Source of the DNA: a virus
DNA length: 64,000 nt
Virus record (IMG/VR): IMGVR_UViG_3300041809_000571
Coordinates: 243,841-307,840 of that record
Reading direction: 5' to 3' (one strand)
Below are positions 16,228-25,512 of this stretch, piece after piece. The notes below the pieces were generated by a model. It was given only the letters and a program-made list of their open reading frames with translations, was not told the DNA's origin and searched no databases. The stretch's first letter is position 1. Every line of letters starts with the position of its first letter. The position numbers and the translations under genes are program-made.

Positions 16228-16694
16228 TGCTTCTCCTTTGGGACGCCGACGAAGGCGACTTGCCGAGCTATTTTACTCGGAGGCCACTCTAGGTTAATAC
16301 CAGATAATCGGAGAGTCTGAGTGACATTCACCCCCTCCGCCTCGGGACAGAAATCAGCGACATAATCCTCATGCTCCACGAGAAACGCCGTAACCTTGGC
16401 AGCGAGTTTCTTGCGTGCCCCGGTCTGCCAGTACAGGCAACACCGAAGTTGCCGTTCCGACCACTGCGGATGACGCAACTTCATCCTTCGCATATGGTTT
16501 GCTAAGTCGAATTCATTGATTATAGCGTAAACGGGTTGGGAGGTATCTATCTTATCAACAAACCGAATGCACTCCGGGGGGCACCCTACTTTATGTCCGT
16601 AACATGGACAGCCCTTTGGATGACCGGGGTACGGGAGCAGACAAAGCTTCCCTGAGTCAGGATATAGTGCGATTTGACGCAATTCCACGACCAT
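16215..16694 (-). CDS. hypothetical Cys-rich protein (CxC...C...C cluster, possible Zn-binding)
   Basis: 159-aa ORF with PKGCPCYGHKVGCPPEC and no assignable family. Confidence 0.4.
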   Translation of the reverse strand: MVVELRQIALYPDSGKLCLLPYPGHPKGCPCYGHKVGCPPECIRFVDKIDTSQPVYAIINEFDLANHMRRMKLRHPQWSERQLRCCLYWQTGARKKLAAKVTAFLVEHEDYVADFCPEAEGVNVTQTLRLSGINLEWPPSKIARQVAFVGVPKEKQCLV

Positions 16695-16702
16695 AAGCTC
16701 AC

Positions 16703-16957
16703 CTAAGAGTAATACTTCGCATAACCCCGATTCAGAACCCGCAAATTGCGGTGCCTCTGCTGATTGCTTTTGAGAAAAGAAATCAAGTTGGTCTTAACAC
16801 TGCGGATGTTGTGAATGGGGAAAGGTCCTGCTTTGATGTGATGCAGAAGAAGTATGGCAGTGCCATCCTGTCCAACTTTTTGAATGTCCGCCACAGCTTC
16901 ATCCTTAGAGCGGGGGCAGCATGGCCCCGGATACCGGCAGTTACACTCCGCCTGTCG
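16703..16957 (-). CDS. small Cys-rich hypothetical protein
   Basis: Start placed at the second Met (MRQAECNCRYPGPCCPR...), which follows GGAGGATTTT. The TGGTATACT motif lies immediately upstream. Confidence 0.4.
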   Translation of the reverse strand, partial: RQAECNCRYPGPCCPRSKDEAVADIQKVGQDGTAILLLHHIKAGPFPIHNIRSVKTNLISFLKSNQQRHRNLRVLNRGYAKYYS

Positions 16958-16969
16958 CATAAAATCCTC

Positions 16970-16989
16970 CACTCTCAGTATACCACGTG
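16970..16989 (-). promoter_or_regulatory. Extended -10-like motif CACGTGGTATACTGAGAGTG (minus strand)
   Basis: TGG-TATACT, the same family as the tmRNA promoter, 10 to 25 nt upstream of the RBS and ATG. Confidence 0.45.
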
Positions 16990-17071
16990 CGGGATGGACG
17001 CCGAAGGAATTTTTAGCTTCCGGCAGCGTCCATCGGGGGGCGGGGTACGATAGGGGACTCTACTACGGGGC

Positions 17072-17362
17072 TTAGCCGAGGGTGATTTTACGGATATTAT
17101 CGGCAGCGTTCCCCGCTATTTTGGCATCAAGACTTGTGGCAAGGGTGACTTTAGGAAGCTCCACCTCTACCATGGCGATTTGACTCGCCGCAATGAGCAC
17201 AAACTTGTTCTCCTTTTCCAACTTCTTGAGGAGACCCACACTGGCATACTGCACAATCGCCTGCATGGCGAGAGCCTCAGCATGTTCAGATGGGACGGGT
17301 AACTCCTGCACCTCCGTAGTACCATCCACGAAAGTCAGAACGAACTTAAGAATTGTTTCCAT
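17072..17362 (-). CDS. hypothetical protein
   Basis: 96-aa ORF with AAAGGA upstream of the ATG. Confidence 0.4.
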   Translation of the reverse strand: METILKFVLTFVDGTTEVQELPVPSEHAEALAMQAIVQYASVGLLKKLEKENKFVLIAASQIAMVEVELPKVTLATSLDAKIAGNAADNIRKITLG

Positions 17363-17385
17363 GTGTATCCTTTCAATAACTAATA

Positions 17386-19290
17386 CTACAAGTCACACGA
17401 GCCGTTGGAACAGGCGACTTCCTTCATCGCCGTGGTGTGGTCGTCTTTCTCAAACTCAGGAAGCTTCGACCAGTCAATTTCCGGCATCTTGAGATTTGCC
17501 GCCCGGTACTCCACTTCGGATATCTCCGTGTAGGGAGCCTGCTTGTAGATGTGATTAGTGAACGGCAGGAAGGCTATCCCGCCGATTTGGTCAAAGTGCT
17601 TGTAGACCCATGTAGCCACTTCCAGCCATTCATGGTCCCGGACATAGATGGTCGTACTGGGGTTATGTTCGGTCCAGTGCTGACGGTAAGTGAGGTAGAG
17701 TTCAAGCTGTTCGATAGCGGTCAGCTTGTTCCGAGTGATGGACCCCTCGGGGGAGGCCAAGGGGAAGAAGAATACATCCACATCGTTGGGCTTCGTGACA
17801 TCCGGCTCATTGGGAACTCCACAAGCCTTGAGGAATGCTCCGATGGGATTCTTACGGTCTTCCCGGATAGCCCGCATGAGGTATTCGCTAAACCTCGTGT
17901 GAATGCCCGGCGAGCAGTTGACAAGCTGGCTCACAGTGCCGGACGGCTTGACGCAGGTGACGGCGACACTGGGGGTGATGCCCAACCTTTCCGCCCATTC
18001 CACGTTGGTAGCAACGGCATGTAGACGAAGGTGGTCAAGAAGAACGGTAAGCTCCTTGCCGTTGGTGGAAAGCAGTGGATTGTCCATAATACCCGAGAGT
18101 GAAACGCCCAATAGGCGCTCCTCCTCGGCGTTTTTCTGCCAGTCCTTACGCAGGTACCTAAATTCCGTTAGCGTCGATTGTAGGGTGCCTAGAATCGCCG
18201 CAAGGCGTATTTTACGTTCAAGGCTGGCGGCGTCGTCGGATGGACGGCAGACAACTTCGGTGAGGTTGCACAACCCCTTCGACCGGAGGATGATTTCGCC
18301 GCAAGGGTTGATTCCAAACTCAATACCCTCCCACTTACGGCGACCTACGGACTTGGCTTTCTTGACGGCAGCATCCCGGTTGTAGATGCCCCGTTCCCCG
18401 GACCGGCTCTCACAGAGTGACAACCACTCCCGGATGAAGGTGACCATCTCTGGTTTTTCGGTGTAAACGGCGGAGTTGTTGGCTAAGGCCCGTTGAGGAT
18501 TTTCAATCCACCACTGACCGTTCTTAGCGTTGCGCATCCGGTCATCGGATAGGTTGGAGAGGGATATCATTGCCGACCGGCGCACACCACCTGAAACCAC
18601 GATGTCGGCTACCATACACATGAGGTCATGACATTCGAGGGACGTGAGCTTGCGTCCGGCTGCATTCTTGAAAAGTTGGACAGTGAATTTGAAGAGACGG
18701 TCTAGCGGCCCCGGCCCGGATGCTCTGCCGCCGAAAGTCTTAAGCGGCATACCAGCCGGGCGGACAGAGGAGAGGTCCCATTGTGGAATTGAACCACCGT
18801 AGAGCAAGGCGATGAGTTGGCGGAAACCAGAAGCCCAGCCAATTTTTGAATCACGAATCTTGATGATGGTATCAACGGGGTAGAAGTTCTCGGCAACGGT
18901 AGGAAGTTGGTTTACATATTGGCGCTCTACGGAGAAACCTAAGCCTGCACCGCACATACTGATATACATGGCTTCGTCAAATGCACGGGGGTCATCAATG
19001 GCAAGATAAGAGCAGTTATAGGCGGCGACTTCGTCTTTTTCAAGTGCCTTCCCAGCGGTCACCATGGCTCGCATAGAGGGCATTACTTCCAGATTAAGAA
19101 TAGCGTTTTCCAACTCTTTTGAAGTCTCTTCTCGAATATCAGTGGGGATTCTTTTGGATATAAATTCGATGTATCTGTGGACGGTTTCTGACCAGTCTTC
19201 CCGGCGACCCTTTTCGGGAATCCAACGGGCGTAGCGGGATTTGAAAATGTAATTCTGAAACGGCGTAACGGCACCACTCTTCAAAGTCAT
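17386..19290 (-). CDS. Ribonucleotide reductase, single-chain (class II adenosylcobalamin-dependent-like)
   Basis: 634 aa with the RNR active-site region NPCGEIILRSKGLCNLTEV and an overall RNR large-subunit-like sequence. The class assignment (NrdJ-like rather than class I) is inferred from size and single-chain nature. Confidence 0.75.
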   Translation of the reverse strand: MTLKSGAVTPFQNYIFKSRYARWIPEKGRREDWSETVHRYIEFISKRIPTDIREETSKELENAILNLEVMPSMRAMVTAGKALEKDEVAAYNCSYLAIDDPRAFDEAMYISMCGAGLGFSVERQYVNQLPTVAENFYPVDTIIKIRDSKIGWASGFRQLIALLYGGSIPQWDLSSVRPAGMPLKTFGGRASGPGPLDRLFKFTVQLFKNAAGRKLTSLECHDLMCMVADIVVSGGVRRSAMISLSNLSDDRMRNAKNGQWWIENPQRALANNSAVYTEKPEMVTFIREWLSLCESRSGERGIYNRDAAVKKAKSVGRRKWEGIEFGINPCGEIILRSKGLCNLTEVVCRPSDDAASLERKIRLAAILGTLQSTLTEFRYLRKDWQKNAEEERLLGVSLSGIMDNPLLSTNGKELTVLLDHLRLHAVATNVEWAERLGITPSVAVTCVKPSGTVSQLVNCSPGIHTRFSEYLMRAIREDRKNPIGAFLKACGVPNEPDVTKPNDVDVFFFPLASPEGSITRNKLTAIEQLELYLTYRQHWTEHNPSTTIYVRDHEWLEVATWVYKHFDQIGGIAFLPFTNHIYKQAPYTEISEVEYRAANLKMPEIDWSKLPEFEKDDHTTAMKEVACSNGSCDL

Positions 19291-19541
19291 AGGACTCTCC
19301 TGTAGTTTAGCCTGCGGTCCTTCTGTCGGGATTTGGAACGTCTGCGGTCATACTTGCGGCTGTTTATGGGTCCGGTAGTGAAATTGCAAAATTACTTGCA
19401 AACTTCTCCGGGCACAAAAAAATCACAACACCAATGGGGATTTCGAGGAGTGGGGAAAATTGAAGTCAATAGTGGGTTTGAAGTAGTCATGAAAAATATT
19501 TTTTGGGTTCCGGTCACAAGCCCCGGAATAGAATAATACTG

Positions 19542-20012
19542 CTATTTCCAGCAATCACAAAACTCTCTATCGGTAGCAAGACTGTTGGGGTCTCGCCTAT
19601 CTTTCCAGCCTATACCCAAGCACTTTTTGCAGTGCTTATCCGGCTGAGGAACATGCGGGGTATCCCACGGATGGTCTTTGGGGTTGTAGTCGGGTGGTGT
19701 ATCTTCCACCATCCGCCGCCCGTTCCGGCGTACAAACCTAACTGTAAGAACTTGCTCTTTGTACCACTGGTCACACCCCTTGAAGTTGGGGTTAAACAAG
19801 CAGTGGATAGCCCGCCGAATCTCTCTCTGCGGAATGGGTTCATCATCATCCTCATTCCAATCCCCAACCCAAATTTTCCATTTAGCGGAGGGAGAGAATT
19901 TCTGCGTCGGAGAGGAAACAGGGGAATTCACCGGAGAGGAGACAGGAGGAGCAGGTTTCTCTTCCCCCAAAACTTTGAACGTGTTGCTAAGGTCAAACGG
20001 TTGCTGCGCCAT
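19542..20012 (-). CDS. hypothetical protein
   Basis: 156-aa ORF with Cys pairs near the C-terminus (CKKC...CDC). Confidence 0.4.
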   Translation of the reverse strand: MAQQPFDLSNTFKVLGEEKPAPPVSSPVNSPVSSPTQKFSPSAKWKIWVGDWNEDDDEPIPQREIRRAIHCLFNPNFKGCDQWYKEQVLTVRFVRRNGRRMVEDTPPDYNPKDHPWDTPHVPQPDKHCKKCLGIGWKDRRDPNSLATDREFCDCWK

Positions 20013-20019
20013 GTATCTC

Positions 20020-20655
20020 CTATTTCCAGTTTTCTTCTTCCACGGGGGAAGCCGGAACAGCAGATGTTTCCGGTTCTTGCTTTGGTTCTGGTTCTACCCG
20101 CCGAGCCGACTTCCCTTCGGTTCGGTTCGGTTCGGTTATATTAGATTCGGTTGTCCCGAGCGGAAGTGAGTAAGTCACGTCTTTTCTATAGTTTCGGAGT
20201 TTCAAGTTGTACCCGCTCACTGCCAGTTTAGTGCAGGTACAGTACCAGTTCGCTGCCAGACAACTGCCCGGACACTGCCGGACCAGTGCCAGCTTACTGC
20301 CAGTTCGCTGCCCTTTCACTGCCACATGGTCCTTAACCTTATGACCCCATTTGGGGTTCCACAAGATTCCGTTGCAGTCGTTGCACCTGAAAAGGTGGGC
20401 ATACTTGTACAACCACTGGGTGAGCGTCCGGTACCTAACCCCGATGAGTTGCGCTAGCTCCCAAGCATCAGTTGGGAAGGTGCCCAAATACCACTGTTTG
20501 AGGAGCAGGCGAAAGTAGATAAGCTCCGCCTCTTTCTGACGGTCTTTCCGCATCTTTTGAACGTGTAAATCCCCCTCCCAATCCGCCCAATTGATGGGCA
20601 TAATGGGGGGCACTGAGTCTTCGATGGAGTACTTAGCCAAACAACCTCCTATCAA
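20020..20655 (-). CDS. Putative replication initiator / replisome organiser (HTH-like N-terminal region, Cys-rich C-terminal region) containing a phased iteron array
   Basis: 211 aa, directly upstream of the DnaB-like helicase. Its coding region carries about 10 direct repeats of an 11-bp unit. Similarity to the lambda O-type arrangement is inferential. Confidence 0.4.
   Translation of the reverse strand: MIGGCLAKYSIEDSVPPIMPINWADWEGDLHVQKMRKDRQKEAELIYFRLLLKQWYLGTFPTDAWELAQLIGVRYRTLTQWLYKYAHLFRCNDCNGILWNPKWGHKVKDHVAVKGQRTGSKLALVRQCPGSCLAANWYCTCTKLAVSGYNLKLRNYRKDVTYSLPLGTTESNITEPNRTEGKSARRVEPEPKQEPETSAVPASPVEEENWK
20220..20330. repeat. Iteron-like array: about 10 phased 11-bp direct repeats (TGGCAGYR-type on the minus strand), plus (CGGTT)4 at 20118..20137 and an AT-richer stretch at 20138..20210
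   Basis: CTGCC cores start at 20220, 20253, 20264, 20275, 20286, 20297, 20309 and 20320, giving an 11-bp (one helical turn) period. Confidence 0.6.
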
Positions 20656-20684
20656 TAACTTGAGTATATGTTACCTTGATATAT

Positions 20685-22280
20685 CTAAAGTGTATCAGCC
20701 ATCTCGGAATCAATGTTTCTTACCTCCTGAATCACCTGCTTCAACTCCGTGGTCAGGGGGCGTTGTTCTGAGGCGGCAGCACCCTTACGGACGAATGCAC
20801 CTGTCCAAGGAGATATTACCGCAATTTGCGCCAAAGGTTGTGCTCCGACACGCTTTTTTACGCATCCAATTTCAATTTCGTTGCGTTCCGGTGCCTTCAT
20901 TTCGATGTCCGACCATACCGTGAGGATGACATCCATGTCATCTTTCAGTTCGGAAAAAGTGCGGATAGCATCCAGTGTGTAGTGCCCGATTCCCTCTTTG
21001 AAGTCCCCCTTCATAGCTTCCTTGTAGGACTCCTTGGTAATTTGCACGGGACTCATGACGATGATGCCCCGGCTCTCGTCAAACTGGCGGGTGAACTTCT
21101 GGATGCGGTGAATGAGTTCCTTCATCCCTTGGTCTTTCCACCGGGGGTCACCGGGAATCTCCAGCCGGGTGATGTAGTCCAAAAGCAGGAAGTCATAGTG
21201 GTTCTTACTGTGATAGAGCTTGAGCCAGTCTTCAATGGAATCCCAGTCACGATTGGGGAACTCTTTGACTTCGAGCTTGCCCGGCAGGTTCCTTCCATTT
21301 TCGATGTCGAAGCAGATGTCCTGCATGTGCCGGATGTGTTCCGAAGTGACGTTCCGGTTTTCCCACTCTTTGGTGGGAGGGAGGACAAGCTCACCATAGT
21401 CCGGGTGAGAGGAATGCAAGTAAGTCATCACGTCCCAAATTCGCTTGGACGTGTGCTCAGTGGAAACATATAGACCGTTGAATCCTTGGCGTAACCAGTT
21501 GTAGACTATGTAGTTGGCAAGTGTGGTTTTGCCATCATTTGCCTGCCCGACGATGCCGATGAAGCGGTTGTCTGTCTGCTTGCCAATGACCACGCACTTG
21601 TCAACGTTGTCCAGACCAAGCAGCATCCGACCGTTTTCATTCTGCTCGTTCATCAGGTTGGCAAAACCCTCCCGGACTACCTGCATGTTCTGGTGCAGGA
21701 ATCCATCTACAGGCGGTGTATCGTCGGTGTAGTCTTCCAACCACTTCATGCGCAGCCAACGCATGGCAGGAGCGGGACCCCGCTCTTCTTTCTTTTCCCC
21801 CTTCTCAAACCACTTGAAGGAGTCCATACCGTTGGCAATTTTGGAGTATTGGTTAGCAGCGACAGAGTGCCAAGCTCCTCGGACCTTGGAGAAGGCATTC
21901 TCCAGAACCATGAGGGATTCCAGCCCCCGGACAGATTCCGTGGGGGGATTCCATGTGGTCAAGGTATCAAGCTGTTGCAGGGTTTCCGTGGTTTCATCTT
22001 TTTCACCATCCTCACCCCCACGAGAGAACTCCTTGATGTGGTCGGGGTTGGTGACGATGTACCCCTTAACGTCCTGCGGACCCACGGGCAGGCGTTTGAA
22101 GCGGGTGATGTATTTCCATATAGCCTTCATGGTTCTGCTGGTAACCACTTCATCGCTATCTGGCATGTAGTCGATGGTGAAGGAGTACTTGATGGTCCAC
22201 ATCAATTTCTTCTTGTTTTGTAGGACAAATGGGTACAAATCCTGCGTGCAAAGACGCCGGGCAAGCTCAGTAAGATACAT
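20685..22280 (-). CDS. DnaB-family replicative helicase (SF4)
   Basis: Walker A GQANDGKTTLA, Walker B-like FLLLDYITRL and RecA-like IIVMSPVQITKES match DnaB-type motifs. Confidence 0.7.
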   Translation of the reverse strand: MYLTELARRLCTQDLYPFVLQNKKKLMWTIKYSFTIDYMPDSDEVVTSRTMKAIWKYITRFKRLPVGPQDVKGYIVTNPDHIKEFSRGGEDGEKDETTETLQQLDTLTTWNPPTESVRGLESLMVLENAFSKVRGAWHSVAANQYSKIANGMDSFKWFEKGEKKEERGPAPAMRWLRMKWLEDYTDDTPPVDGFLHQNMQVVREGFANLMNEQNENGRMLLGLDNVDKCVVIGKQTDNRFIGIVGQANDGKTTLANYIVYNWLRQGFNGLYVSTEHTSKRIWDVMTYLHSSHPDYGELVLPPTKEWENRNVTSEHIRHMQDICFDIENGRNLPGKLEVKEFPNRDWDSIEDWLKLYHSKNHYDFLLLDYITRLEIPGDPRWKDQGMKELIHRIQKFTRQFDESRGIIVMSPVQITKESYKEAMKGDFKEGIGHYTLDAIRTFSELKDDMDVILTVWSDIEMKAPERNEIEIGCVKKRVGAQPLAQIAVISPWTGAFVRKGAAASEQRPLTTELKQVIQEVRNIDSEMADTL

Positions 22281-22381
22281 GGAAACCCTTCTCGGTGGTG
22301 TGACTGCTGATTTTCATTGCGTATATTCTAAATACCATTTCGATAGTGATTCTACGAAAGATGGCTTCATAGGCCGTTCAT

Positions 22382-22882
22382 ATGGGCAAGCAAACCGACA
22401 CCCCGGACCTCGTGAACGTGGAACTACTGCACTACAAGTTTCAGTTCAAAAAACTCACATGGAGGGAAGAAATGGCTATCCATGTTGACAAGGACAAAGA
22501 CCCCCTCCGGGATATACTGTCCTACGCCTTGGTGCAAGTGTCGGGTTTACTCCCCGTTTCCATAGAAGAATCCAAAAAGGTGATAGCGGCCATTCCAGAG
22601 CCTATCATGACCCGAGTTTGGAAGGTCTACAGAGGGTTGTTACCACCCGCCAAGAAGTTTTCCACCATAGACTTATATCAGGCCCCCAAACCCTCCGCTT
22701 TTATGGGTAAGGTGATGGAGGACGACAACAAGGAAGAGAGCACCCATGATAAGATGGTCCGAGAGATGGAGGCCCGCTTTGGTAAGGCAGAGGTAGCTGA
22801 TGAAGCGGAGTTGAGTCGGAGACTGCTGGAACAGGCCCGTAAAGAAAGACGGATATTTGAAAAGGCTACACCCGATGGCTAA
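22382..22882 (+). CDS. hypothetical protein
   Basis: 166-aa ORF, the first gene of the rightward block after a divergent AT-rich intergenic region. Confidence 0.4.
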   Translation: MGKQTDTPDLVNVELLHYKFQFKKLTWREEMAIHVDKDKDPLRDILSYALVQVSGLLPVSIEESKKVIAAIPEPIMTRVWKVYRGLLPPAKKFSTIDLYQAPKPSAFMGKVMEDDNKEESTHDKMVREMEARFGKAEVADEAELSRRLLEQARKERRIFEKATPDG

Positions 22883-24023
22883 AGAAGACATATCGGCTGC
22901 GGTTTTGGGAACCTCTCCCGCTGGTAGGTGGTTGGGCGGTGGTAGGGATACAGGCGGGGGTAAGACTACCTTGGGGGTGGAGCTTGCTAAGAAGTTGGGT
23001 GAGGGTATCATCAACCGGGCACCCACTCAATATGTGCAAGAGGTACGGGATAAAATCACGGAAGCCTGCGGGGAGCTTATCAGTGTGGGAGCAAGGATAC
23101 GTCCCCTGATGATTGACGGCAAGCAGTGCGGGTGGGTCCGGGGATTTCACGATACGGAGAAGAACCTCCTCAAGCGATGGGTGCCTGACCAGCTTGAGTT
23201 CGTGTCCCAATGCCTCCTTCTCAGCACCACTCTCACCGAGGAGGAGCTAGATTCCCTGTCCTCGATAGAGATACACCGGCTGGTAAAGCTCGTTACAGCG
23301 ATGAGCGACCGGGACGCTTCCCTGTTTCCCTATTTGTCGGCATTCTCCACTACGAGAACTTCCGAGATGCTTTGGCATGGGCACGATAATGCCTTATTCT
23401 CTGATAATCGTTCCATACTTATGCCGAATGGGAGGACGATGCGGATTATGTCGCCGTCCAATCACACCCGGCTTTGGTCAACACTGTGCGTTTACAGGGA
23501 GCAGGCTAAAAAGCGTTTGGATGAGTCTTGGAACGCTGTCATGATTATGCGCCCATGGACGGGAAAGTCTGCGGATGGGCTAGTAGGAGAGCTTAAGGAG
23601 GCCACAAAGCGAATGCGGGTGGATGCTTTGGAGCCATGGGAGGTAGTTGTGGAAACACCGGCTGATAAAGTTCTTGATGATGGGTGGGCACACCTTGAAA
23701 ACATGGAAACGAAAGAAGGCATGATTAAGGAACTCCATGGGATGCTATCCAACGACCGGCACGAGCAGTTGATGACGAGGTTTGAACATCAGCAAATGGA
23801 AGCCGCCGAGCGCCGAAAGCGGGAGATAGAGGGCCTGATTTCCAAGCGGGGAGGAATTGGGATAACCAGTGAGACCATCAGGATTGAGACAGAGGAACAG
23901 GTCATCAAACGGGAGAGAGACCTTATGATGGGTAGGGTGACCCCGGCCCCCGCCAACAGGGAGAAGTCCGACCCCTCTCCCATGGATGTTCGAGAGCGGA
24001 TAAGGAAGTATCAGGAAAGCTGA
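22857..24023 (+). CDS. hypothetical protein
   Basis: 388-aa ORF with no clear motif. Confidence 0.4.
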   Translation: MKRLHPMAKEDISAAVLGTSPAGRWLGGGRDTGGGKTTLGVELAKKLGEGIINRAPTQYVQEVRDKITEACGELISVGARIRPLMIDGKQCGWVRGFHDTEKNLLKRWVPDQLEFVSQCLLLSTTLTEEELDSLSSIEIHRLVKLVTAMSDRDASLFPYLSAFSTTRTSEMLWHGHDNALFSDNRSILMPNGRTMRIMSPSNHTRLWSTLCVYREQAKKRLDESWNAVMIMRPWTGKSADGLVGELKEATKRMRVDALEPWEVVVETPADKVLDDGWAHLENMETKEGMIKELHGMLSNDRHEQLMTRFEHQQMEAAERRKREIEGLISKRGGIGITSETIRIETEEQVIKRERDLMMGRVTPAPANREKSDPSPMDVRERIRKYQES

Positions 24024-24796
24024 GCCAATCCCCGAGCGACCATCAATGCTCTCCTGAAATCATCCAGCCAGAAGGGGTTGTTCCCAAATTTGTAGGAGGC
24101 TTCGGCTCGCTTGACTGCGTTTGCCAGCAGTCCCACCCGTTTCTGATTCAGGGATTGATAGGCATCGTCCGCCGCCTCAAACTTCCTTTCGACCAACCCC
24201 TGTCGCATATTTTCGGATATATTGTCAACCTCCAACTTTGTCACATACGCCTCTTCCATCAGGGTCTTGGCATGGTGTTTGATACCGGCTGCACAGAGGC
24301 AATTGCCGAGCACCATCGCTGCCACAGAGGATGAATAGGTATACTCCGGGGGATGACCGGGGAATAAGGTGTGACCCGTCAATAGGAAGGCTGCAACCAA
24401 TGCCCACCATAGAACCGACAGGAGGCAGGGGGTGAATTTGTAGGTGTGCCGGATTGCCGTCAAGAGGGAAACCACTGCCATCATCAAGGCCCCTATGCCC
24501 AACATACATTCCGGGCCGACCATGGCTCCGAAGATGGTACAGAACATCAGGGTTGAGGTCCGGGGGGAAATCATAATCAGAGGGATGGAGCAGATTGCCA
24601 TCTGCCAACCCGCAGCAAGCACAGGACTTATTGGTTGTCCGGTGATGAACAGATAGACGGGGACCGTCAAGAGGACCAAGAAGAAGAATATGAACATGAG
24701 GCTTGCTTCTATAGCATTGATTACAAGCCTGATGGGTGTCAGTAAGGCATGTAGAGTGCGGGAATCCGCCTGTTGAAGTTCAATGGCCGTTTGCAT
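24011..24796 (-). CDS. integral membrane protein (about 5 TM helices plus a soluble C-terminal domain)
   Basis: Hydrophobic segments are visible in the translation. The second Met (MQTAIEL) follows GGAGGGG, and the GAGGTATACT motif lies upstream. Confidence 0.45.
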   Translation of the reverse strand: MQTAIELQQADSRTLHALLTPIRLVINAIEASLMFIFFFLVLLTVPVYLFITGQPISPVLAAGWQMAICSIPLIMISPRTSTLMFCTIFGAMVGPECMLGIGALMMAVVSLLTAIRHTYKFTPCLLSVLWWALVAAFLLTGHTLFPGHPPEYTYSSSVAAMVLGNCLCAAGIKHHAKTLMEEAYVTKLEVDNISENMRQGLVERKFEAADDAYQSLNQKRVGLLANAVKRAEASYKFGNNPFWLDDFRRALMVARGLAQLS

Positions 24797-24804
24797 ATAC
24801 CCCT

Positions 24805-24822
24805 CCACTTCTAGTATACCTC
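24805..24822 (-). promoter_or_regulatory. Extended -10-like motif GAGGTATACTAGAAGTGG (minus strand)
   Basis: Same motif family as the tmRNA promoter. Confidence 0.4.
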
Positions 24823-24905
24823 AAACTCACGCCGTTTGGGGAGATTTTTTAATGACTGGTGATTTTTACATATTCGACTTTTCTCCTAACTATCAGGGAG
24901 GAACT

Positions 24906-25508
24906 ATGGAAGATACAGTGAAGTCAGCCGGACCCACCCCCAAGACCCTCGAAGACGTAATAGCGGGCCTCCGGGGATTCGGGATTGAAGAGAATATGGA
25001 GATTGTCACGTTTCGGTCTCCCAAAGGAGAAGAAGTGCATCTCCGCCTCGTCAACCTCCCGGTTGATGCCGAGGTAAAGGCTATCATCGCCTGCGAAGAA
25101 CTTAAGGGGTACGCTTGGGTGCAGAACCTTCGAGTGGAGATATTGTCCCGCTCCATCTGCTGGATTGATGGACATGACCTGCTGACCCTGACCCCCGAGC
25201 AACGCATCGTCAAGGACCCCACGGACGGAAAACAGAAGGACATTCAGGTGGTGTTGCGGAACATCATCCGGGATAGTTGGGGACGGGAGATTACCTCCAC
25301 CCTGTGGAAGATTCTGATGGTGCATTCTGACAAGATTGAGAAGCGGCTGCAAGGAGAGTTTCCCGACTCCATGATTATGACCGATGTGGAGCGCCGGTTC
25401 ACTGAGTCGGTAATGCGGGAAATCGAGGCATCCAACAACGTGGTAATCGCCGACACCATTGAAAAGGTCTTTTCGGATAACGAACCGCAAGAAGAGAAAA
25501 AGGCGTAA
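24906..25508 (+). CDS. hypothetical protein
   Basis: Start MEDTVKSAG follows CAGGGAGGAACT. The upstream part of the listed ORF (from 24783) lacks an RBS. Confidence 0.4.
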   Translation: MEDTVKSAGPTPKTLEDVIAGLRGFGIEENMEIVTFRSPKGEEVHLRLVNLPVDAEVKAIIACEELKGYAWVQNLRVEILSRSICWIDGHDLLTLTPEQRIVKDPTDGKQKDIQVVLRNIIRDSWGREITSTLWKILMVHSDKIEKRLQGEFPDSMIMTDVERRFTESVMREIEASNNVVIADTIEKVFSDNEPQEEKKA

Positions 25509-25512
25509 TTGA

